Part shown: positions 1 to 7,401 of the stretch, piece by piece
How positions within the stretch are numbered: the stretch's first letter is position 1
Layout: every line of letters begins with the position of its first letter
Origin: Gemmatimonadota bacterium
GTDB lineage: Bacteria; Gemmatimonadota; Gemmatimonadetes; Palauibacterales; Palauibacteraceae
Reading direction: 5' to 3'
Assembly: GCA_036476995.1 (NCBI GenBank)
Contig: JAZGCO010000084.1
Coordinates: 1-61,736 of the forward strand
DNA: 61,736 nucleotides
Notes under the pieces: model-generated
What the model saw: only the letters and a program-made list of their open reading frames with translations
What the model was told of the DNA's origin: nothing
Databases searched by the model: none
Position numbers and translations under genes: made by a program

Positions 1-345
1 TACGAAGGAGGCACCAGCGAAACCGGAAAAGCTGTTGCACCGGAATTCGCGACAACGAGTCCCCGGGTGGGACGGAAGGCACTCTTCGGAGGGCTGGAGG
101 TCACATAGCTAACCGGGATTGGTAACCAGGCTTGTTGATTCTTGGAAGGTGAGCGCAACCGACCGAGAAGGACGCGATGGTGTGGTAAATAAGTCCTTCC
201 TCAACCCCTGACGCTCTTCGGAGTGGCAGGGGTTGAGTACATCCAGGTATCTCTGTCTAGCTCTCCCCGGTAGTGATCTGAGCCGTGTCTCCCTGCGAGC
301 GTGTTTCGGGCCGGCTAGAAGCCGGCCACTCACTCTTCGAGCTGC
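1..345 (+). ncRNA. Candidate structured non-coding RNA, family unidentified, probably truncated at the window edge
   Basis: No convincing ORF. At least six helices: 17-50, 59-73, 82-91, 167-199, 200-237, 309-327. Two are closed by C(UUCG)G tetraloops on the + strand (84-89, 216-221). Confidence 0.4.
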
Positions 346-405
346 CGCGCTGCGTGGAACGGACGTATCGGAGCTCTAACTGGAAGAGTTTTGCGAAAAA
401 CGCTG

Positions 406-436
406 TGTGGATAAACTGTTGACGAACTGTTGAAAA
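406..436. promoter_or_regulatory. DnaA-box array: one perfect box and two degenerate boxes at an 11-bp period
   Basis: TGTGGATAA at 406-414 is the exact reverse complement of TTATCCACA. TGTTGACGA (417-425) and TGTTGAAAA (428-436) follow in the same orientation, in a locally AT-richer tract. Confidence 0.55.
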
Positions 437-532
437 AGTGAGAAATGCTAGGGAGGGCCGCCGCCAGTAAGGGGTGTGAGCTACGATGTCGGGTCCAGCT
501 TGTGTGGAGAAGGCCCCAACGGAGCGAGCCTC

Positions 533-970
533 ATGAGGACAGTGGTTCAGCGAGTTCGGAGCGCGTCGGTAGCCGTTGACGAGCGGGTGGTGAGTGAGAT
601 CGGGCGTGGCATGTTGGTGCTGGCCGGTTTCACGGCGACCGATGGGGAGGAGACGCTCGGCTGGATGGCGGAGAAGCTGCTCACGCTTCGTCTGTTTGCC
701 GGTGAGGACGGACGGATGGATCGAGATCTGGCTGAGGTAGGAGGTGAGATGCTGGTCGTATCCCAGTTCACGCTCTACGGAGATGTCAGCCGCGGGCGGC
801 GTCCGTCATTCGCGAATGCGGCGCCGCCGGACGTGGCGCGCGATCTATACGCCCGGTTCCTGGATGGGTGCCGGGCTGGAGCCGTACCGGTTGCCAGCGG
901 CGAGTTTGGGGCTGTCATGAGCGTGAGGCTTGTGAACGATGGCCCCGTCACCTTAATCATCGATCGGTGA
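533..970 (+). CDS. dtd: D-aminoacyl-tRNA deacylase
   Basis: MRTVVQRV start, VVSQFTL motif, GRRPSF, and C-terminal NDGPVT. Start moved to the ATG at 533. Confidence 0.95.
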   Translation: MRTVVQRVRSASVAVDERVVSEIGRGMLVLAGFTATDGEETLGWMAEKLLTLRLFAGEDGRMDRDLAEVGGEMLVVSQFTLYGDVSRGRRPSFANAAPPDVARDLYARFLDGCRAGAVPVASGEFGAVMSVRLVNDGPVTLIIDR

Positions 971-1557
971 GCGAGCACCTGGTACTGGCGTCGGGGTCTC
1001 CTCGCCGCCAGGCGCTGCTCCGCCAACTCGGATTGGAGTTCGAGGTGCGCGTCACGAACATCGATGAAACGGCACGTGCCGGTGAAAGGGCTCAGGATAC
1101 CGCGGAGCGATTGGCGCGAGCGAAGACGGCCGCTGCAGCTCCTGCCATGGACGAGATTGTGATCGCCGCGGATACGATCGTGGTCGCTGACGGCAGCACT
1201 CTCGGCAAGCCACGGGATGAGGAGGAGGCGGTGCGCATGCTCGTTCATATGTCCGGCCGCAGCCACACCGTAGTGACCGGTCTGGCGGTGCGCTCAGCTA
1301 GTCGAGTGGAGAGCGCCACCGACAGCACGAAGGTGTGGTTCAGATCAATTGCTGAGGCAGAGATCCGAAAATACGTTGCCACTGGCGAGCCCCTGGACAA
1401 AGCGGGAGCCTACGGTATCCAAGGGTTTGGTGCCGCTCTGGTACGGCGAGTTGAGGGCGACTTCTACAACGTCATGGGTCTGCCGGTCCACCTCCTCCTG
1501 GATCTGCTTCAGCGATTCGGCGTCGACTACGAATTCGGGAGACTGGAATCGACGTGA
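967..1557 (+). CDS. maf: Maf family nucleoside triphosphate pyrophosphatase
   Basis: LVLASGSPRR, AADTIV, LGKP, DKAGAYGIQ and NVMGLP motifs. The GTG start overlaps the dtd stop. Confidence 0.95.
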   Translation: MSEHLVLASGSPRRQALLRQLGLEFEVRVTNIDETARAGERAQDTAERLARAKTAAAAPAMDEIVIAADTIVVADGSTLGKPRDEEEAVRMLVHMSGRSHTVVTGLAVRSASRVESATDSTKVWFRSIAEAEIRKYVATGEPLDKAGAYGIQGFGAALVRRVEGDFYNVMGLPVHLLLDLLQRFGVDYEFGRLEST

Positions 1558-3062
1558 CTGCTGTCCTGGCCATCGATCAGGGAACGACAGGCTCGCGGGC
1601 CCTGATAATCGGACACGATGGCCGGCTGCTCGGTTCCTCCTACCGCGAGTTACCGCAGTATTTTCCCTCTCCCGGCGAGGTCGAGCACAGCGCTGAGGAA
1701 ATCTGGGAGTCTGTGCGCGTGACGATCAGAGAGGCTCTCGAGAAGGCCAGCCTACGTGCGGATCAATTAGCAGGCGTTGGAATCACTAACCAGCGCGAGA
1801 CGACTATCGTGTGGGATCGACACACAGGCGTCCCCGCTGGTCCGGCCATCGTGTGGCAGGACCGCCGGACATCAGCGCGCTGCGAGTCCCTCCGAGGGAC
1901 CACCGACGAAGCGCTGATCCGCGCCCGGACCGGCCTCGTGGTCGATCCGTATTTTTCGGCCACCAAGATCGAATGGCTGCTGGATCGGCATCCGGATTGG
2001 CTCTCCCGGGCCGAGGCGGGAGATCTGATCTTCGGTACGGTGGACAGCTGGCTCGTGTACCGGCTCACGGGCGGCCGTGTGCACGCTACGGATCATACCA
2101 ACGCATCCCGTACGCTGCTCTACTCCCTCGACGCGCAGGCCTGGGACCCCGATCTGTGCAGCCTATTTGGAGTTCCCGCCGCGATGCTACCGGAGGTGCG
2201 CTCGTCGGCCGGCGACTACGGAGTCACCGATCCTGAGGTGTTCGGCGCGGAGGTACCGGTCGCCGGCGTCGTCGGAGACCAGCAGGCGGCCCTGTATGGC
2301 CAGGGCGCATGGAGCGCCGACACCGCCAAGGCCACCTACGGGACAGGAGCGTTCGTTCTGCTCCACACCGGTGACACGCGCAGATCGGCCGCGGATGGCG
2401 TTCTTACGACCGCGGCGTGCGGGCCACGGGGCGAATTTGCCTATGCATTCGAGGGGTCGATCCTAATCGCAGGAGCGGCCATTCAGTGGCTACGGGACGG
2501 GCTCGGCCTGATCGAGGATGCTGCCGAGAGCGAGGCCATGGCCCGCGCCGTCGCCGACTCAGGCGGAGTATACTTTGTACCGGCCTTCGCCGGCCTTGGG
2601 ACGCCCTGGTGGGAACCCCGGGCGCGAGGCACCGTCGTTGGCCTGACACGCGGAACTCAGCGCGAGCACCTGGTCCGAGCTACTCTGGAAGCCATGGCGT
2701 ATTCGACACGTGACGTACTGGACGCGATGACAGAAGGCCGGCCGGACTCCATCGACAGCCTCCGGGTGGACGGCGGGGCGACCCGAAACGCTTGGCTCAT
2801 GCAGTTCCAGGCCGATGTTCTGGGTGTGCCGGTTCACGTTCCTTCCGCGGCGGAACTCACGGCCCTTGGAGCGGCCGGGCTGGCCGGGCTGCAGACAGGG
2901 TTCTGGTCCGCGCCGGAGCAGTTTCTTCCGGCCCGCGGCGAGGATCGCGTTTTCGAGCCGGACGCTGAGAGCCGATCCGCGGCCGAAGCGGGCCGGGCCG
3001 GCTGGGGCCGCGCGCTGGCCACAGCCAGGTACTGGGCGGCCGGCGTGCGCGGCGACGAATGA
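1554..3062 (+). CDS. glpK: Glycerol kinase
   Basis: IDQGTTGSR, GITNQRET, VWQDRRT, DPYFSATK, GDQQAAL, YGTG and DGGA motifs. Confidence 0.95.
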   Translation: MTAVLAIDQGTTGSRALIIGHDGRLLGSSYRELPQYFPSPGEVEHSAEEIWESVRVTIREALEKASLRADQLAGVGITNQRETTIVWDRHTGVPAGPAIVWQDRRTSARCESLRGTTDEALIRARTGLVVDPYFSATKIEWLLDRHPDWLSRAEAGDLIFGTVDSWLVYRLTGGRVHATDHTNASRTLLYSLDAQAWDPDLCSLFGVPAAMLPEVRSSAGDYGVTDPEVFGAEVPVAGVVGDQQAALYGQGAWSADTAKATYGTGAFVLLHTGDTRRSAADGVLTTAACGPRGEFAYAFEGSILIAGAAIQWLRDGLGLIEDAAESEAMARAVADSGGVYFVPAFAGLGTPWWEPRARGTVVGLTRGTQREHLVRATLEAMAYSTRDVLDAMTEGRPDSIDSLRVDGGATRNAWLMQFQADVLGVPVHVPSAAELTALGAAGLAGLQTGFWSAPEQFLPARGEDRVFEPDAESRSAAEAGRAGWGRALATARYWAAGVRGDE

Positions 3063-3589
3063 CGATGCGACGTCCGGTCCGGATCGGCGTGATCGGCTCG
3101 GCTGAGGCCACCGAACTGGCGGCCCGCCTGGCGCGAACGATCGGAACCGCCCTCGCCCATGCAGAAGCGGTGCTCGTATGTGGTGGTCGCGGCGGCGTAA
3201 TGGCAGCGGCCGCGGCGGGCGCCGCCGAGGAGGGGGGGATCGTCATTGGGCTTCTGCCGGGCGAGGATGCGGCCGGGGCAAGCAGTGGAGTAACGATTCC
3301 CATTCCGACGGGCCTGGGTGACGCTCGCAACACCCTGGTTGTGCGTGCTTCAGAGGTGCTCATCGCGGTAACGGGTGGCTGGGGGACCCTCAACGAAGCG
3401 GCGCTGGCGATGAAACTCGGCCGGCCGCTGATCGGGGTCCACGACAGCCTGGGCGATGCATTCAACATCGAACGCTTCTCGGACCCGTTCGCGGCTGTTG
3501 CCAGGGCCATCGAGCTGGCCACCGAAGCCCGCCTGACCGGTGGCCCAGCAGTGGTCCGGCCACGCCGCCCGGAGCGGCAGCACCTGTGA
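3059..3589 (+). CDS. TIGR00725/LOG-like Rossmann-fold nucleotide-binding protein
   Basis: IGVIGS, CGGRGGVM, TGLGDARN and GGWGTLNE motifs. Confidence 0.85.
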   Translation: MTMRRPVRIGVIGSAEATELAARLARTIGTALAHAEAVLVCGGRGGVMAAAAAGAAEEGGIVIGLLPGEDAAGASSGVTIPIPTGLGDARNTLVVRASEVLIAVTGGWGTLNEAALAMKLGRPLIGVHDSLGDAFNIERFSDPFAAVARAIELATEARLTGGPAVVRPRRPERQHL

Positions 3590-3996
3590 TCGCCGTGGCT
3601 GTGTTCGGGGTGATCATGGCCATGCTTCTAGCCGCAGTCGTCGTCGCACCCATGGTCGAGGAGAGAAAGCGCTCTGAGCCGCAGCCCGGGGACGAGGAGG
3701 CGGTTCGTCTCGAGCGCGCCTTGGACACGCTGCGCCGACTTCAGTTCGATTACGAAACGGGTAAGCTCGATGAAGAGGACTACGCTGCGCTCCGGCGCGA
3801 ACACGCCGACGCCGCGATCGCGGCCAGAGACGAACTGGCGTCGAAGGACCCACAAAACGCCGCGGTAGCAGGAGAACCGGCCGCCGCGGGCCAGGTGAGA
3901 TGCGCCGGGTGCGGCTCAACGCTGCCTCCATCGGTTCAGTTCTGCACCAACTGCGGCATCCCGGCCCCGCAGCCGTTCGACTCGTCCGGTGAATAG
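3586..3996 (+). CDS. Membrane-anchored protein with a CcmI-like N-terminal segment and a C-terminal zinc ribbon
   Basis: N-terminal TM helix, L-x-x-L-x-FDYETGKLDEEDY segment, and CxxC...FCxxCG. Confidence 0.7.
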   Translation: MIAVAVFGVIMAMLLAAVVVAPMVEERKRSEPQPGDEEAVRLERALDTLRRLQFDYETGKLDEEDYAALRREHADAAIAARDELASKDPQNAAVAGEPAAAGQVRCAGCGSTLPPSVQFCTNCGIPAPQPFDSSGE

Positions 3997-5023
3997 CTAC
4001 TCCGTAGATCTGCGAAGCGACACCGTAACACGCCCCTCATCAGGCATGCGCGAGGCGATGGCGCAGGCCGAGGTGGATGATGACGTTCTAGGAAAAGATC
4101 CGACCGTGGACCGGCTCGAACGCCGCGTGGCCGACCTTCTGGGTAAGGACCGGGCCCTCTTCTTTCCAACCGGGACACAGGCCAACCAGACTGCCTTGCT
4201 GCTTCACACGCGGCCCGGAACAGAGGCCCTGTGCGAGGCCGAGGCCCACATCTACCACTACGAGATGGCGAGTACGGCAATGCTCGCCGGCGTACAACTC
4301 CTCCGGGTGGCTTCGGAGCACGGAAGACTCGATCCCGAGGCGGTGGAAGCGGCCATCCGTCCCGGCGACCGACACCATCCGGTGACGAGCCTCGTCTGCG
4401 TGGAGAATACGCACAACATGCATGGTGGGGTCGTGCTTTCTCTCGACCGGCTAGCGGCTATCCAGCAGGTAGCCGTCCGGCACGAACTTCCTGTCCACAT
4501 GGACGGAGCCCGCCTGTGGAACGCGTCCGAGGCATCCGGTGTGTCTCTCTCCCAATACGCTGCCTGCGCGGACACCGTGATGGTATCTCTGAGTAAAGGC
4601 CTCGGCTGTCCGATCGGTTCGCTGCTGGCCGGTCCCGCGGCCGTGCTTGAGCGGGCTTGGGCGGTTCGAAAACGGCTTGGCGGCGGGATGCGACAGGTCG
4701 GAATTCTCGCCGCGGCGGGTCTGTATGCCCTGGACCACAATCTGGAGCGCCTCGGCGAGGACCACGTGAGAGCCGCCCGCCTGGCCGGGGGGTGTAGTGA
4801 CATTCCCGGTCTGTCGGCCACCATGCCGGACTCCAACATCGTAATGATCGAGGTGGCCGCCCCCCGGACGCCGGAGCGGATCGCAGCTGCTCTGGAGAAA
4901 CGGGGCGTGCTGATTCTCTCAGCCAGCCCGACCCTGCTGCGGGCGATTACGCACCTGGACATTGACGACGACGGAATCGCGGCTGCAATCGAGGCCCTGC
5001 GGCACAGCCTGCGCGAATCGTGA
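3989..5023 (+). CDS. ltaE: Low-specificity L-threonine aldolase (PLP)
   Basis: DLRSDTVT, ENTHN, HMDGARLWNA, SKGLG and GGGMRQ motifs. Confidence 0.9.
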   Translation: MNSYSVDLRSDTVTRPSSGMREAMAQAEVDDDVLGKDPTVDRLERRVADLLGKDRALFFPTGTQANQTALLLHTRPGTEALCEAEAHIYHYEMASTAMLAGVQLLRVASEHGRLDPEAVEAAIRPGDRHHPVTSLVCVENTHNMHGGVVLSLDRLAAIQQVAVRHELPVHMDGARLWNASEASGVSLSQYAACADTVMVSLSKGLGCPIGSLLAGPAAVLERAWAVRKRLGGGMRQVGILAAAGLYALDHNLERLGEDHVRAARLAGGCSDIPGLSATMPDSNIVMIEVAAPRTPERIAAALEKRGVLILSASPTLLRAITHLDIDDDGIAAAIEALRHSLRES

Positions 5024-5135
5024 ATAGAGGGTACGTTGGGCGTCCGCCGCCGACTTGAGGCAAATCATGGCCGAGTGAGGATCCTGACGCAGGAGGAAAT
5101 GCGCAGGCATCACGACCAGCATGGGGAGAACCGAA

Positions 5136-5339
5136 ATGAGTGTCGCGAAAGTAACTGAAATCAGCGCGTCTTCTCCGAACAGTTTCGACGACGCGGTCAA
5201 AATAGGGATCGCACGGGCCTCAAAGACGCTCAGCGGAATCAAGAGCGCCTGGATCAATGAGATGAACGTGGATGTCAGGGACGGCCAGGTGACGGAGTAC
5301 CGGGTAAACATGAAGATTACCTTCATTTTGAAGGACTAG
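5136..5339 (+). CDS. Dodecin family flavin-binding protein
   Basis: MSVAKVTEISASS...SFDDAV...RASKTL...YRVNMKITF. A GGGAGA RBS precedes the ATG at 5136. Confidence 0.9.
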   Translation: MSVAKVTEISASSPNSFDDAVKIGIARASKTLSGIKSAWINEMNVDVRDGQVTEYRVNMKITFILKD

Positions 5340-5363
5340 CTGTCAGCCACTCGCAACCTTGGA

Positions 5364-5400
5364 TCGGGGCGCCGGCCGATACCCGGTCCGGTCGCCCCGA
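5364..5400 (+). terminator. GC-rich hairpin after dodecin, possible terminator or stabiliser (no U-tract)
   Basis: TCGGGGCG...CGCCCCGA inverted repeat with inner CCGG/CCG pairs. Confidence 0.4.
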
Positions 5401-5538
5401 CAGCGACCCTGTCCCCGCCCGGCTTCGATTCGGACCTGGCTCCGATTCACCTTGATAGCCAGTTGAGGCCGTCACCACAGGCTTTCCACGCCCATGGATG
5501 CGAAGTTCTCAGCCGGACTTTCGTAATTTGTTCGGTTT

Positions 5539-5547
5539 TGCTATACT
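5539..5547 (+). promoter_or_regulatory. Extended -10 element of the probable recA promoter
   Basis: TG-C-TATACT ending about 53 bp upstream of the recA ATG. Confidence 0.55.
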
Positions 5548-5600
5548 GAGATTTCTGAGCCGAGAACTCACTACTCATCCCGATTCGAGGATATGCTGCG

Positions 5601-6737
5601 ATGGCACTGGAGATGACCGAAGAGAGAGATAAGGCCCTCAATGTGGCGATTAACCAGATCGAGCGCCAGCACGGAAAGGGTGCCATCATGCGGTTGGGCG
5701 TGGACGGCGTTCGCAACAAGATCGAGTCCATTTCCACTGGGTCGTTGGCTCTCGATCACGCCGTGGGTATCGGCGGTATCCCCCGTGGCCGTGTAACGGA
5801 AATCTTCGGGCCGGAGTCTTCGGGCAAGACAACGCTCGCCCTGCATGTTATCGCGAACGCCCAGACGACTGGCGGCGTTGCGGCCTTCATCGATGCGGAG
5901 CATGCTCTCGACATCGACTACGCTGAGAAGCTAGGCGTAGATGTCGAGAACCTGCTCGTATCGCAGCCGGATACGGGCGAGCAGGCTCTAGAAATCGCCG
6001 AGGTACTGGTTCGATCCGGAGCGCTCGACGTGGTGGTTATCGACTCGGTCGCCGCTCTTGTCCCCCGCGCGGAAATCGAGGGTGAGATGGGCGATTCCCA
6101 CGTGGGCCTGCAAGCCCGGCTCATGTCCCAGGCGCTTCGGAAATTGACGGGTGCCATCGGTCGCTCGAACACGTCTGTGATCTTCATCAACCAGATTCGC
6201 GAGAAGATCGGTGTTATGTTTGGCAACCCGGAGACCACCTCAGGAGGGCGGGCTTTGAAGTTCTATGCCTCGATCCGCTTGGACATCCGCCGCATCGCTT
6301 CGATCAAGGACGGAACTGATCAAGTGGGGAACCGAACCAGGGTGAAGGTGGTGAAGAACAAGTGCGCGCCACCCTTCCGGCAGGCGGAATTCGACATCAT
6401 GTTCAATGAGGGCATTAGCCGAGAGGGTTCGCTCGTGGACCTGGGGGAGGAACACGGTGTGGTGCAGCGGTCCGGCGCGTGGTATTCGTTTGGCGAAGAT
6501 CGGCTGGGCCAGGGCCGGGAGAACTCGAAGGCGTTTCTCAAGGAGAATCCCGACGTCGCGGCAGAAATCGAAACGGCCGTGAAGGTTGCTCTGGGTATGC
6601 TGTCCATCGACGACCCTGAGGAGGGCGAGGAGGCTGAAGGCGAGGCCGACCACGGTTCGGTCAAGGCTGACCACGATTTGGTCGAGGTCAAGCCCCGTAC
6701 GTCAGACGCCGCGGTCGGGGTTCCGGCGCACGCCTGA
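5601..6737 (+). CDS. recA: Recombinase RecA
   Basis: [33 protein letters not shown] and GGRALKFY motifs, plus an acidic C-terminal tail. Confidence 0.99.
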   Translation: MALEMTEERDKALNVAINQIERQHGKGAIMRLGVDGVRNKIESISTGSLALDHAVGIGGIPRGRVTEIFGPESSGKTTLALHVIANAQTTGGVAAFIDAEHALDIDYAEKLGVDVENLLVSQPDTGEQALEIAEVLVRSGALDVVVIDSVAALVPRAEIEGEMGDSHVGLQARLMSQALRKLTGAIGRSNTSVIFINQIREKIGVMFGNPETTSGGRALKFYASIRLDIRRIASIKDGTDQVGNRTRVKVVKNKCAPPFRQAEFDIMFNEGISREGSLVDLGEEHGVVQRSGAWYSFGEDRLGQGRENSKAFLKENPDVAAEIETAVKVALGMLSIDDPEEGEEAEGEADHGSVKADHDLVEVKPRTSDAAVGVPAHA

Positions 6738-6798
6738 CGAAGGGACGGTACGCGCTCCGGTCGCAGCCGGCTCGGGTCCGGATGCCGGGCAGGCGGCG

Positions 6799-7263
6799 AT
6801 GAAGGCTGCCCTCCGGTACTTGGCCTATCGGCCCCGAAGTACCGTCGAGGTGCGGCGGCGTCTCCGCCGCGATCGTTTTTCCAGCTCAAACATTGAGCAG
6901 GTTCTGGGCCGCTGCTCAGAACTCGGGTATCTGAGCGACCAGAAGTTCGCTGAGGCCTGGATCCGCGATCGAATCCGCCTGAAACCGTGTGGAACGATGC
7001 GGCTGCGATCCGAACTTATGCGGCGGGGTGTACGGACGGACGATATTGATGCGGCGATCGCCGAAGTGTTCGAGCAAGAGCAGGTCTCGGATGCGACTCT
7101 TCTCGAGAAGGTGGCCGAGCGGCGCTGGGCTCGCCTCCAGTTGTCCAACCCGACAAAGGCGCCCGCAAAGCTGTTCGCATATCTGACACGCCGCGGTTTC
7201 GCGGTACGGGCTGCCCGAGAAGCGGTTCGCCGACTCTCGGCTTCTGAGGACGATCACGCCTGA
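6799..7263 (+). CDS. recX: Regulatory protein RecX
   Basis: AALRYLAYRPRS, GYLSDQKFA, ELMRRGV and YLTRRGF motifs, directly after recA. Start is approximate. Confidence 0.9.
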   Translation: MKAALRYLAYRPRSTVEVRRRLRRDRFSSSNIEQVLGRCSELGYLSDQKFAEAWIRDRIRLKPCGTMRLRSELMRRGVRTDDIDAAIAEVFEQEQVSDATLLEKVAERRWARLQLSNPTKAPAKLFAYLTRRGFAVRAAREAVRRLSASEDDHA

Positions 7264-7401
7264 GGTTGGCCACGGTCTCCACACGGGACTCCCGCAGTGC
7301 TGCCAATTGCAGCGGTGGGCACTTTCCCGGCATATTCTCCTGATGATTCCCGGCGCTGAGTGCGCCCGACCGATGGCTAACCACTGGGTCACCCGAACCG
7401 C

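Noticed and set aside
277-312. GAGCCGTG resembling the start of group II intron domain V
   Set aside because: No complementary 3' arm (CACGGTTC-like), no GNRA-capped stem, and no reverse transcriptase nearby.
5081-5158. AGGAGG followed by an ATG giving a short ORF that overlaps the dodecin start
   Set aside because: The SD-to-ATG spacing is too short and the peptide has no recognisable features.
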